NCBI RefSeq assembly: GCF_004010195.1
Contig: NC_057750.1
Coordinates: 18,169,466 to 18,233,465 of the forward strand
Direction of reading: 5' to 3'
From: Chiloscyllium plagiosum
Taxonomy: Eukaryota
Length of the DNA: 64,000 nt
The notes below the pieces were generated by a model. That model was not told where the DNA came from. It worked only from the letters and a program-made list of their open reading frames with translations, and ran no database searches. The translations under genes and the position numbers were made by a program. Below, piece by piece: positions 14,201-29,200 of the stretch. Each line of letters begins with the position of its first letter. Position 1 is the first letter of the stretch.

Positions 14201-17200
14201 AAAACAATGCAACAGCGTATAATCTGGAATTCGAGGAAATCATCTCCAACACCTCAATTACCTCAAAAAAGGAGAAGCTCTTACGGCCATAATTTCTTTC
14301 CCCGTCCTTCTTCTTGGATAACCCAGAATCCTTTTCTTTAATCAACTTTCCTAGCCTACCCTAAACAATCTTTCATACCCTTGCTTAGCAAGAATCTATG
14401 AACATTAAGGCAGAAGTGGAAAGACTCTGCTTCCACCACCACTTTGAGGAAGAGAGGTCCAAAGATTCATGATCCTCCAAGAGAGAAATATGGAGCCCTG
14501 ATTTTAAACAGAGACTATTCGTTCTAGATTCTCTGACAAGAGGAAATATCCTTTCCACATCTACCTTGTCAATACCAGACAGGACCATATGCTTCAATCA
14601 AGTCACCTCTTACTCTTCTAAACTCCAGTGAGTACAAACTTGTCCAAACTTTTCTCATAAGACAGGTGTTACTTTGGTTCGCCTTCTTTGAACTGCTTAC
14701 AGTGCATTTACATCTTTCACTGATGAAGGTGGCCAATATTATACTGGCGTATTCAATTCTATTCACAATAAATTTTAACATTCTATTGGCTTTCCTGATT
14801 ATTTACCTATTGTACCTGAATACTAACATTTTGCACTTGGACAACCAGATCTCTCCACATCTCACAGATCTATAACCTTTCATTATTCAGAATGCACGCT
14901 TTTTGGAAAAAAAAAATCTTCCTGCCAACATGGGCAGCTTCACATATTCTTACATTACACTCCATCTGCCAGATGTTTGCCCATTCTTTATTTTTTTTTA
15001 AATCACTCATGGGACCTGGGTGATGATCGCTGGCCCAGCATTTATTACCCATGCCCTTGAGAAAGTGGTGGTGAGCTGCCTTCTTAAATTGCTGCAGTCT
15101 ATGCGCTGTAGCTAGTTCCCCAGTGCCATTATGGACGGAATTCCAGGATTTTGACACAGCAATAGTTAAGTGACGCAATATATTTCTAGGTCAGAATGGG
15201 CATTCCCATACAGCTGCTTCTCATTGGTTGAGGTGCAGTGGCTGTGCGTTTGGAAGGTGCTGTCTCAGGATCTTTGATTTTTTTTCTGCAGTGCATCTTG
15301 TACATATGCAAAGTGACTAATGTGCATCAGCGGTGGAGGTGGTGAATGCTTGTGGATGTGTTTTGGATGTTATTAAGCTAACATTTTGTTGAATCTGTCC
15401 TAATCCTGGGTTGAAAAGTGTGATGCTCGAAAAGCACAGCAGGTAGGGCAGCAACCGAGGATCAGAGGAATCGACGTTTTGGGCATAAGCCTTTCATCAG
15501 GAATGTGGGGGGTGGGTGGGGCTAGGAAGGCAATAGGTAAATGCAGGTAGGAGGATGATGGTGATCTTCCTCATCTCCACTGTCCCCATCTCATCCCAGA
15601 TCCAACGCTTCAAGTTGGCACGTCCCTCTTGAACTGTCCTACTTGTCCCTCTTTCTTTTCACCTATCCACTCCACTCTCCCCTCCAACCTATCACCATCA
15701 CACCCCAGCAGCATCTACCTATCGCCTTCCCAACTAACTTCCTCCACGCCTACCCTCTCATTTATCGCTCCACCTGCACATTCCTGATGAAGTGCTTATC
15801 CCCAAAAGGTCAACTGTGTTTTTCCAGCATCACACCTTTTGACTCTGCTCTCCAGCACCTGCAGTCCTCACTTTCTCCTGGTCTCTGTACTTGTCCAGGA
15901 AAATGGGGAATAGTCCATCATGTCCCTAACTTGCGCCTTGTAGATGGTTTTGGGAGTCAGGAGATGAGTTACTCACTGTAGTGCTCCTAGCTTCTGACAT
16001 GATTTTGTAGCTACCTTGTTTATTTGGCAAGTCATGTTGATAGTGGGGGATTTCTTTAAAGAAAAACATCAAGGTGGGGTGTATTAGATTGACTCTTACC
16101 GGAGATGGTCATTAGTTAGCAATTCTGAAGCACAAATTTTACTTGTCAGTTCAATCCTGGACATTTGTCTTCTTGCAATTGAGCATTTGGCCTGCTTCAG
16201 TATGTGAGCAGTCGTGAATGGTTCTGAACATTGTGTAGTCATCTGTGAACATCCCCAATTCTGACCTTATGATATAGGGAAGGTCACTGATGAAGCAGCT
16301 GAAGGTGGTTGGGCCTAGGACACTACCCTAAGGAATTCCTGTAGGGAGCTGAGATTACTGATTTCCAACAACCACAGCTATCTTCTTATTCGCCAGGTAT
16401 GACTCCAACCAGTGCAGAGTGTCTCCCTGATTCCCACTGGTCCCATATTCAAACAAATGCAGCCTTGACGTTAAGGGCTGTCACTCTCACCTCACCTCTA
16501 GAAATTAGCACTTTTGTCCATTTTGAATCAAGGCTGTAATGAGGTCAGGAGCAGAGTGGCCCTGGCAGAATTCAACCTGGACATCATTCGGTAGGCTGTT
16601 GCTAAGCCGGTGTTGTTCAATAGCACTGTTGACAATACTTGCCATCATTTTACTGATAATCATGTTCAGACTGATGGGAGCAGTAATTGGCCAGGATGGA
16701 TTTGTCCTTTTTATGTGCAGCACACACCTGGGTAAATAGCAACAGCTTGGCTAGGGGTGTAGCAAGTTCCAGACCACAAGTTCGACTGCCAAATGTTATG
16801 AGGGCCCACAGTCTTTGCAGTATCCAGTGCCTCCAAATATTTCTTGATATTGCATGGAGTGAATCGAATTGGCTGAAGACTGGCATGTAATCCTGCTGAC
16901 CAACAGAAGAGGCCAAGTGGATCATCCACTTAGCACTTCTGGTTGCAGATTGTCACAAATATTTTGGCCTTATCTTTTGGATGGGCTCTTCCGTTTTTGA
17001 GGATGGGGACACTTGTGGAACTTCCTCCTTCAGTGAGATGTTTAACTGGCCACACCCATTCATGACTGGATGTAGCAGGACTACTGAACTTAAATCTGAT
17101 CTGCTGGTTGTGGGATTGCTTAGCTCTGTCTATCACTTGCTGCTTATGCTGATTGGTGTGCAAGTAGTGCTTCTTTGTACCTTCACCAGGTAGACACCTC

Positions 17201-20200
17201 ATTTTCAGGTATGCCTGGTGCTGTTCCTGGCATGCCCTCCTACACTCTCCATTCAATCTGGGTGATCCCCTGGCTCGATGGTAATGGTAGAGCGGAGTAT
17301 TTGATGAGTCAGGAGGTTTCAGATTGTATTGGAGTGCAATTCTGCTGCCGTTGATGGCCTACAACATCTCATCGATGCTCAGTCTTGAGTTGTTAGGTCT
17401 GGTCTGTTCTGTTTGAAATCCATTTAGCAAGGCAATCGTGCAGCACAATGTGATGTAAGGTATTATCAATGTGAGGGTGGACTTCATATTCACAAAGTCT
17501 GTGCAATGGTCACTCTTACTAATACTGTCATGGACAGATACATCTGTAGGAGGCAGATTGATGAAGATGAGATTCAGTATATTTTTCCTTTATTGGTTCC
17601 GTCATCACCCATCACAGAGCCAGTTTATAAGCTATATTCTTTAAGACCTGACCAGGTTGATTAGTAGTGCTGCTGCCACTGTCTTGGTGGTAGACATTGA
17701 AATCCCCACCCAGAGTACATTCTGAACCCCTCCCATCCTCAGTGCCTCCTCCAAGTATTGCTCAACATGGAAGAGTAACAAGTCATTAGCTGAGAGAGGA
17801 TAGTATATAGCACATGGCCTTAGCCATGTTTGACCTAAGTCCATGAAATTTCATGGAGTCCAGAGTCAATGTTGAGAACCTCCAGGGAAACTCCCTCCTG
17901 ACTGTATTACACTGTGCCATGACCTCTGCTGTATCTGTCCTGCTAGTGGGACAGGCCACTTTCAACAGTGATGGTGATTCTCTGGAACACTGTCTGTCTT
18001 AATCTATTTTTTTTTGCAGCCTTATGCTGTCTACATGACTTATTTATGGACACATTACATGAGTGGCCAAAAACTTAGTAAATGGAATATATGTGGGAAA
18101 AGGTGAGACTATGCATTTTAACAGGAAGAATAAAGAATTGAACATTATTTATGTGGAGAAAGATTGCAGAAAATTGCGGCACAGAAAGATTTGGGAGCAC
18201 TCATGCATAAATCATAAAATGCTTGCATCCAAAGTCAACAGGTAACAGGAAGTCATAGAGTCATAGAGATGTACAGCATGGAAACAGACCCTTCGGTCCA
18301 ACCCATCCATGCAGACCAGATATCCCAACCCAATCTACTACCACCTGCCAGCACCCAGCCCTTATCCCTTCAAACCCTTCCTGTTCATATACCCATCCAA
18401 ATGCCTCTTAAATGTTGCAATTGTACCAGCCTCCACCACATCCTGTGGCAGCTCATACCATACACGTACCACCCTCTGCGTGAAAAAGTTGCCCCTTAGG
18501 TCTCTTTTATATCTTTCCCCTCTCACCCTAAACCTATGCCCTCTAGACTCCCCGACCCCAGAGAAAAGATTTAGTCTCTTTATCCTATCCATGCTCAATT
18601 TTATAAACCTCTATAAGGTCACCCCTCAGCCTCCGACGCTCCAGGGAAAACAGCCCCAGCCTGTTCAGCCGCTCCCTGTAGCTCAGATCCTCCAACCCTG
18701 GCAAACATCCTTGTAAATCTTTTTTGAACCCTTTCAAGTTTCCCAACAACTTTCCGATAGGAAAGAGACCAGAACTGCGCACAATATTCCAACAATGGCC
18801 TAACCAATGTCCTGTACAGCCGCAACATGACCTCCCAACTCCTGTACTCAATACTCTGACCAATAAAGTCAAATAGATTGTTGACCTTTATTTCAAAGAG
18901 AATGGAATACAAAAATGGGAGATATTGCTAAACAAGTAAGGCACTAGTCAGACCATAGCTGGAATACTGTGAAGTGTTTCGGTCCCCGTATCAAAAGATC
19001 ATAAGGCTATCAGGCATAAGACTAGAATTAGTCCATTCAGCTCAACAACCTCTCTGAATCTACACTATCAAGTCCCCTAAGAATCTTGAAAGTTTCAATA
19101 TGCTTTCCTCTCATTCTTCTAAATTCTAATGAGTACAAGCCCAACTTACTCAACTGCTCATTAGAAAATCCCTCCATAACTGGAATCAACTTACTGAATC
19201 CTCTCTGACTGCCTCCAATGTCAGTATCTTATGATGGAGAAGTTGTTTCCCTGTGTGGGAGAGTCTAGTACCAGAGGGAGTAATCTCAGAATAATGACTC
19301 ACACATTAAAGACATTGACGAAGAGTAATTCTTCTGATGGCAGTGAATCTATGGAACTTTTTACTGCAGAGGGCTGTTGAGGCTGGGTCATTAAGTACAT
19401 TCAAGGCTGAGACAGACACATTTCTAATCAGTAAAAGAATTAGGATTATAGGGAAAAGGCAGGAAAAGTGACTGAAGATTATCAAATCAGCCATAGTCCC
19501 ACCGAATGGCAAAGCAAAGCTAATGGACTGCATGGCCTACTTCTGAACATTCAGCTTATGGTTTTACTTTCTTAGTTATCTTTGCATCTTTAGCAAATTT
19601 GGCAACCAACACAGCACCAAGAAAACATTTGCAACTGCAGCACCACAGACCTGAAACATTAAGTCGTTCTCTCTCCAGTGATGGTACCTTACCAGCTGAT
19701 AACTTCCAACATGGTTTTATATATTTTACACCATACTTTACATACAACTTGTTGCTAATCAAAACAGCAATCACAATGAAATGAGTACACTGTTTTCTGG
19801 CTATCATTTCCTCCATCTGAAAACATTGATTTTAATTTAGATATATTTTGACTGAATTTAGTGTGGCTATTTAAATATGTAATTTACCAGATAGGTCCTG
19901 AACTGCTGACTCACGACATGAAACAATGAAGTTCTTTCTTCCTCACACGATATACATCATCTTTTCAAATACTCCACCATTTGTTAAATAACAAATGGCA
20001 AAGCATGTGCACACCTCATCACCCCGCAAGAGAAAGAGAGCACTTGCTCAGGAGGGCACGTGCATGCCATAGGAGGGTTGCAGACACCTTTGTTGGCACT
20101 TCTGCTATTCAAGAGGCTTACCGTTGAATAATTAATAAGGTGCTGTAAATGATGTGGGGTACACATAGACATGTGTGCAATGCACTCACACATACACCAG

Positions 20201-23200
20201 TTGGCTTGGACAAATCGTCTTGAATCTTAAACCTACCTGAAGACAATCCAGAAGAATTAGTCTTACACAATAGGTAACGGGTTGTAGGAGCAGCTGATGT
20301 CTCAGGTTTATTTCCAGATGCAACAGAATTCATAAAGCAGTTTGGAGTTGGTGTTGCAGTAGTATTGGTCAGGATTGTACTCAAAGCCCCAATTCTCTGG
20401 AATGTAGTGACTGCAGATCTAATAGGAGAGGGGGCTTTGGACACATTTTTCACAGTAGTGTCAGTAGCTGCAATGGAAACTCCTTGTTCCCTTTTCTGTG
20501 CTGTAATCACTGGAAATGACTGAGCTTTACCTTCTGCTGCAGAAAAAAAATTGGAATTTGAAGGTAAAGACAAAATACTGTAGTATCAATATTGTAATTT
20601 CTTGCTGTAATTAACTTAATTACATATACACAACTTTTTAAAATTAATTCATAGAATGTATGTGTTGCTGAGAAGGATGTATTTGAGAAATTGGTGGCAA
20701 GGCTCCTTCCCTCAAACATACAGCTGTTCAGAATGCATGTACCAGAATTTCAACTCAGCAACAGTAAAGAAACAGCAATATATTTGCAAGTCAAGATGGA
20801 ACATGATATGTAGGTTGTGCAATTTCACTTACTATGCTGCCCCGGTTTTTTTTAATAGAAGAAGTTACAAGTGTGGAAGGTGCTGTTGAAGGAACTTAGT
20901 AATTTATTGCTGGAGTTTTGTTAATGGTATGTTCTGCTATCATAACGTTCTGGTGATGGAGGGACTGAATGGTAAAGGGTGGATGAGGTGTTATCGAGCA
21001 GGCTTTTCTTTTCCAGATGATATCAAGCTTCAAACGGGTTAGGACTGCACTCATTTACACAACAGGACAGCATTCAATCACACTCTGGACTTACTGATTT
21101 ATATATGTTGCACAACTGATGTATAAACATTAGCAGCAATGGCACTGGTGACGATGATGTGTTACTTGACACTGCGTAGGCCATGAGAACACTGAAACAG
21201 GAGGTGATCATTTAGACTGTGAAACCCGTTGACTATTCAATGAGATCACACCTGATGTGCAACTTAACTCCACACACTTGCCTCTGTCGCACATCATGAT
21301 CAACAAATAATTAACTGAGCATTTATATGAGTGTTCAACATTTCTGCCAACCTTTGTGTGTTTAAGTGTTTCCTAATTTCACCACCAGAGTCTTTTTCTC
21401 AGGCACTGCTAGAGTGTCCCAACTAGTGGAAATAGTTTCACTCCAACGACTTATTGTGAAAACATTAACAAATCATTTTTTAATTTTCTAAATTCCAGGC
21501 AATACAATCCTTGCTTACGTAACCTTGTTCATACGTAACCATTAGAATCCAGTCTGGTAAATCCATGCTGCCCTCCCTCCAAAGGTAACTACATCCTTCC
21601 TCAGGTATGCTACTTCAATTTGCAGCCTGGTCTAATTAGGGCTTCCTGTCGCAGAAGCAGGATTTCCATCCCTTGATATTTTAGTCCACTAAATAACTAG
21701 AAAATTGAAAGTATTAAGGTACAAAACCCAAAGAAACATGGCCTTACACAGGACAAGAAAGAAACAACCACCTCCAATCCCAACCACATACTAATCCCAA
21801 AGTTAGAAAACATTTTGCAACATCTTATAATCTCTCTTGACCATAAGCCCGGTCTCGAATTTGTCAACATAATTTGTTTTTATAAAACAGTCCCCTGTGA
21901 AATGACAAACAAGTAGACCATTAAAATGAAAAGCATTTTTAATACAAAGTAGCATACAAGGAGAGCTTAGTCATCAGATTTTGTACACTAGCTAAAAATG
22001 AATGGGTACAGTAGTAGTTTGAAAGCTTAAATATTTGCAGTAATTCAGAGTCTCAGATTTTCACTTCATAACAAATAGTACGCTGTTTAATCCCAAGAGC
22101 CTGCTTCACCAATATATTAGACCATGACTGCAATTTTGAATTAAAGTCCAACCTCGACAGCTTTTTATTCAATCCAGCATCATTCTGACGAATCTACACT
22201 GCATCAACTCAAAGACCAATATAATCGTCCTGAGGTGCACTGCCAAAATTGAATGCAATTATGCCAGGTGATGTCTGATAGTTACACTATAAATTCCACT
22301 TTTTTACATTCCAGCATCCTCGAGTAAAAGGCGATTGTTTCATCTGCTTTGTTAATTTTTTCTGTACTTATCCAATTAATCATTTCTGTACTTCAAGTTA
22401 TTCTTCTCATTCATGGATCCTAGCAGGTCACCATTTAAGAAACTTATATTCTTAGATCCAAGATGGATGACCTCAATTTCTCATATTGAACTTCATTTGC
22501 TCACTGATTTATTCAGAGTTGTCCCCTCTCATTCTTCTGCTCTCACCTGCACTATTCATTTTGCTACCTAAAACATCAGTGCCTTTTATTTTTACCTTAA
22601 AAGGCTCACTTTGCAAATTTCTCAGTTTTTAAAGAAAGGTTTATTGCCAATGAATATAGTTATTCAAACTTGTTTGTTTGGTAAATACAATGGATAAACT
22701 AACAATGCTGTCAATGTAAATTAGGGGTGGGCAGTAAGTATCGGCTTTTTAAAAAAAAACGTCCTCAGCTTGTCAGGTTCAAGGCATTTCAAGGTTCTTT
22801 AAAACTAATGAATTTTCTCTCGACTGCCTACTGGCATCTTTTGGGCAAATATTTACAGCTGGCATGTTGTATAGTAAACAAAATGACAAATCAAAAAAAA
22901 TCCTGTTGCGTTTATTTGAGGGAATATCGACTGAGCAGAACTCCCATCTGCCCTTCTAACAGTACCAGAGTTACAGTTACAGTTACAATGAACTATCCTT
23001 TCTATAGCAGGGTAACCAGAACTGTACATAGTACTCCAAAAGTGGCCTCGCTAATGTCCTGTACAATCTCAACTCCCACATTGTGGTCTGAGCAATGAAG
23101 GCAAACATGCTAAATACTTTCTTAACCAACCTGGCTACCTGTGATGCAACTTTCAAAGAATAATGTTCCTGAACCCCTATGTCTCTGTTCTATAACACTA

Positions 23201-26200
23201 CTCAGGGGACCCTTCCATTAACTGTGTAAGCCCTGCTCTTATTTGTTTTATGAAATTGCAGCACCTCGCATTTATCTAAATTAACTTGCATCTGTCCCCC
23301 GTCAGTCCACTGCCCCAATTGATCACGATCCTTTTGTAATGTTAATGGAAGGGTCTCCTGAGTAGTGTTATAGAACAGAGACATAGGGATTCAGGAACAT
23401 TATTCTTTGAAAGTTGCATCACAGGTAGCCAGGTTGGTTAAGAAAATATTTAGCATGTTTGCCTTCATTGCTCAGACCACAATGTGGGAGTTGAGATTGT
23501 ACAGGACATTGGCGAGGCCACTTTTGGAGTACTATGTACAGTTCTGGTTACCCTGCTATAGAAAGGATAGTATGAAATTGGAAAAACTGGGTTAAAGATT
23601 TCTAAGGATGTTGCCAGGACTGGAGGATTTGAGTTATGAGGAGAGGCTGAATAGCCTGTGACTTTTCTCACTAGAACGGAGGTTGAGAAGTAACCTACAG
23701 AATCATGAGGGACATAGTTAAGGTGAAGAGCAAAGGTTCTTTCTCTGAGGTGGGGGATTTCAAAACTAGACAGCATATTTTTAAGAAGAGAGGAGAAAGA
23801 TTTAAAAAGGGACCTGAGGAGCAACCTTTTCACATTCAGGATAATTTGTATGCAAAATGAATTGTCAGAGGAAGTATTAGATGCAGGTACAGACTCACTA
23901 TTTAAAAGACATTTGGAAAGGTAACATGATTAGCAAAGGTTTAGAGGGATATGGGCTAAACAGAGGCAAGTGGGACGAGTTTAGTTTGGCAAACTTGGCC
24001 GACATTGACAAGTTGCACCAAAGGGTCTGCTTCCATGCTGTATATGACCCGATTACTCTAAGTATCAAAACTAAAGTACATTTACTCACCAGTAAGTCTG
24101 TTGGATGGGTTGGTTGTGCAACTGGTTTCACTTGGGCTCTTTTCTGGTGAGGAGACACTTTTCTCTAAATCCATTACAACATGAACTGAAGAATCAAGCT
24201 GTTCGACTTTTGTTTGCTTAGAACTGTCTTTAGAGACCTAAAGCAGGAGAGACAAACACAAAAAATAGGAAATCAGAAAACAGGTAAATGAGAAATTATT
24301 TAAAAAAATGTCTGCAAGCACTCTACCAAGTTTACTTCATCCCATATGTCGGGCAAACAAAGGAACAAAGCATTCTCCTTGGTAGAATAAAGCTGAGACA
24401 AGGGACAGATTAACATTTTCAACAGAAAATGCATAACAAACTTTTCAAAGTTTGATGATCCAACTTTCTAATGCTGTGCAACCATCTGAATTATGCCACC
24501 AGTAAAGAAAGACCATGTAATTTTGAACAGTTTTCTCTGTCAGTGCACACGCTATGCTCCTGGGTCTTGGTTATCACAATTCTATAACCAGCTGCTACCA
24601 TGTTTCCTCACTTTGGAGATGCCAAAGAAAAATACTAAGGTTGCTCAATTTCCAATTGCAATAAACAAACTAAGCTGCTGGAAATCACTTCAGCTGATGA
24701 AATTAATTTTATTAAATACACAAAGATTCACAATCAGTCAACTCGAGGCTCAGGAATTCTAACCTGGATAATAAAAATGCAACATACTCCACACATCATT
24801 AAATTACCAACCAGCTTTGCATACTGGAAAGAGAATCTTTGAACAGATCACGTTAAGTTTTACCAATATTTGATGAAGATACTGAACATGTTTAGGTAGG
24901 ACAACGCAGTGTATAGTTTTTAAGAGAACAGGAGGAGGAAACCTACCAGAACAAATTGTTGGCACAGCATTTCCCCCCCCAATCCCACCCCTTGCACAAA
25001 CCGTAGCAGGGAGGACAAGTAAAAATTAAGCTCTCACCTTGGATATTAAATTATTCAGCTTTGTTTTGAAGGCAGAATTGCCAACCACAGCTTCAATCAC
25101 CATATTCTGCACCAGGGGCCTAATACATCCATGTTCAGAATCTGAGACATTTTGGATCGTTGCTCTCACATCAATCCTCTTCTTCGGTGGAAATAAAGTT
25201 CCATCACTTTTTTCCAAATTAATCTCGTAATTGTCCAATCGCTGTATCAATGGAAGTTTATTGGCCATAGCACACTCAGCAATTAACTTAATAATCTTAA
25301 CACGACTTTCATTCCAATTACAGTAGGAGATGACTTCAACAACCTTTGAAGCAGTCGATCGGTTTGTTGTTGTTGATGGATGCTCCATTACTGAAGATGG
25401 ATCTATTGTGGTTTGGGAAGTAGACTCAATTCGGAGGTTTCTTGGTTCTGATTTCTCAGCATTCTTATCATCTAAGGAGGGGAAAAGCATACCAAAAATG
25501 AAAATATCAGGTAGAGGAAAAGGGAGAGCAGAATCTAGAACAAACAAAATGAAATCATAGAATCAGAGTACAAAAGAGGCCCTTCAGCTGTTGGGTCTTT
25601 ACTGCCAAAAAATACACTGTTACCTACACTAGTGCCTACACTAAATGAATAAAAGTTCTGAAATCTTTGTCTGAACCTACATCTATTCCAAAATGTTTCT
25701 CATGATAAAGGAAAAAGAGAAATAATACAAACATGAAATGACTATTTAGGTGAGAGCTACTCTTCAACCAAGGATTAGAGTGTACACAAGGCAGCCTACA
25801 GTCTGGGAAAGTTGTTGGTTATAGAGAAATAGGTTTACTGTTATCAACTAAAATGGTTTGAAGGAATGACTGAGATCTCATGTAATGACGGAACAGATGA
25901 TGGACATATTAATTAATATGGTTTGAAATGGTGTATAAACATGGGAAGCTAGTAATTAGTGGGGTGAGTGTCTGATGGAATGTGGCTAACTGACAAAGTT
26001 CTCAAAAGTGTGGATTTGAATTATGTCTGTTTAAATGGTTATCTACAGAGGCAAGAAAGGAAAAGTAGGTACAGTAATTAAAAATCATACAGACAAGACA
26101 GATTTCAGGAATGATGAGAATAGATGCAGGAGAGACCAGTCAGGAATTTGGTGGTTGGCAAACACTCCACTCCGGCACGTGGACCAAAATAAGTCCAAAA

Positions 26201-29200
26201 TATAATGTTCGTCCTGTCAACATTACAAAGAAAACATTAATTTTCTCCCAGAGCAGCACTCCAGCTTTCTTCTATTAACGCAATGCGTGATGTGGGGTCA
26301 GGTTTAATTTGAAAACCACATACTCCCTTACATCGAAGCCAAAATATATTCACAGGTCTACTTCACAGAAGTATCTAAGATGTGCAATTTACGTCCATGA
26401 AGTATGTTAGTAACAGAACGTATGAATTAGAAGCAGGAGTAGCCCTCCTTATTGAATGTTCCACCATTCAATAAGAACAGTGATCGAGTGTGGCTTCAAC
26501 TTCACTTTAGTGTTTGCTCTCCACAATCTGAAATTCGCTGGACAATCAAAAATCTAACTCTGTTTTTGAATAAATTTAATGATGCAGCCTTCACTGCTCC
26601 CACATTCTTGGCAGCAAAAAACATTGCTCATCTGTCTTAAAATAAGGCATCAGTGGTAGGCAAGGTGTTGGACAGAATACTTAGGGACAGCATCAATCAA
26701 CAGTTGGACAGTCTAGGTGTGATTAGGGATAGTCAGCATGGATTTGGACGTAGGAAGTCACGTCTGATAAATCTTTTAGAGTTTTTCTAAGAGGTAACCA
26801 AGAGGATAGATGAGGTTAGGGCAGTAGATGTTGTCTACATGGGTAGCATGGGATCCAGGGAGAGCTAGCTAAGTGGATTCAACATTGGCTCAATGGCAGG
26901 AAGCAGAGGGTGATGGTTGAAGGTTGTTTCTTGGACTGAAGGCCTGTGACTAGTGAAGTGCCACGGGGTGGGTGCTGGGCCCTTTGATATTTGTTATTTA
27001 CATAAATGATCTGGTTGTGAAATTTGAAAGGGTTCAGAAAAGATTTACAAGGATGCTGCCAGGGTTGGAGGATTTGAGCTATAGGGAGAGGTTGATCAGG
27101 CTGGAGCTGTTTTCCCTGGAGCGTCGCAGGCTGAAGGGTGACCTTATAGAGGTTTATAAAATCATGAGGGGCATGGTTAGGATAAATTGACAAAGTCTCT
27201 TCCCTCGGGTGAGGGAGTCCAGAACTAGAGGGCATAGGTTTAGGGTGAGAGGGGAAAGACATAAAAGAGATCTAAAGGGCAACTTTTTCACACAGAGGAT
27301 GGTACGTGTATGGAATGAGCTGCTGAAGGAAGTGATGGAGGCTAGTACAATTGCAACATTTAAGAGGCATCTGGATGGGTATACGAACAGGAAGGGTTTG
27401 GATACATATGGACCAGGTGCTGGCAGGTGGGACTAGACTGGGTTGGGATATCTGGTCGGCATGGACGAGTTGGACCGAAGGGTCTGTTTCCATGCTGTAC
27501 AGCTCTATGAGTCTATGTGAATGCACATGGCATGATTACGAAGTTTACAGATGATACAAAATTAGAAGGTATTATTGAGTGAGGAAGGTTTAAAAAATTA
27601 CAGAGGGATCTTGATCAGATGGGGAAGTGGGCTGAGGATTGCCAAATGCAATTCAATACAGATAAGTGTGAGGTGTTGCACTTGGAAAAGTCAAACCAAA
27701 GTAGGACCTATGCAGTTAATGGTAAGGTCCTGAGGAGTGTTGTGGAACAGAGGGAGCTAGGAGTACAAAGTACATAGTTCTTTGAAAGTGGCGTCACAGG
27801 TAGACAGGTTGATGAAGGAGGCATTTAGCATACTGGCCTTCATTAATTGAGGCACTGAGTATAGGAGTTGAGACGTCATGTTACATTGTATAAGTCGTTA
27901 GTGAGACCACACGTTGAGTATTGCGTATAGTTTTGGTCACCCTGTTATAGGAAAGACATACTTAAACTAGAAAGAGTGCAAAGATGATTTATCAGGATGT
28001 TGCCAGGACTAGCAGGCCAGAGTTATAGGGAGAGATTGGCCAGAATAGAACTTTATTCTTTGGAATGTGGGAGAATGAGAGGTGACGTTATTGAGGCATA
28101 TAAAATCATGAGGGGCATGGATAGGATGAATGCATATAGTTTTCAGCATCCCTGGGAAAAAGACTATCCTGTAAGTTCCAACCAGATTCCTACTCAAGCT
28201 TCTAAAGTCCACTGCGTACAGACTTAGTAATCCCAACTTATCATATGAAAGCCCTTCATCCCTGGAATCATTCCTGTAAACCTCCGTTGCACCACTTCCA
28301 ACATAAGCATATCTTTCCTTTAGATACAGGGCGTAAAACAGCACTCAACATTCCAAATTTCATCTGATCAGAGCTTTATACACCCTCAGCAGTACATCTC
28401 TGTTCTTTAATTCTAGCCTTCTTGTAATTAAGGCAACATTGTGTTGTCTTCCTAACTACATCCCGGAATGGGATTGCAATTTTAAAACCTTGACATATGA
28501 ACAATTCCTGTACTTTATACTGTCCTGCATTGTGTTCCAACTTGTATATAAATCAAATGGTGATTGACTCAAGAATGGAACATACTTGCAAAAAGGGACT
28601 GTGCCTATATTCCTTCTAATGCAATTACATCCTTTCCTGAATAAGGATTCTTTCCTAAACCAAAACAGAATTCAAAGGATGGTCTCACCAACCCTGAACA
28701 AATATAGCAAAACTTTGTTACTTTTATATTTTATTTCCCTTGCAATAAACAACATTCACTTTGCTTTCCTAATTGCTTGCTCTATCTGAAATCTAACACT
28801 GTGATCCATTTGTACAATCCGTCAATTTTCTTTTTATACTCAATCTGCCAAACTTAACCTGTCATATTCACTTGCAAAGTTCTTTCATAACTTACGAATT
28901 GACGTACCTTAGTCTATTCAGTAAATTTAGCAAACCATACATCGGTCCTTTCATCCAGTTCGTTGGTAAAGATTATAAATAGTTGAGCCCAGCACTGATC
29001 CCTATGGTACTTTTTACATCTTACCAACCTGAAAATAATGTATTTATCTAAATTCCCTGCTTCTGTTACATAATTAATGCTCTATCTATGCTAATGTACT
29101 GCACCTTGAGCTCTTATTTTGTGTAATAACCTTTAATGTGGCACCTTGTCAAATACATTATGCATATCCAAGTGCACCACATCAACAGGTTTCTCTTTTC

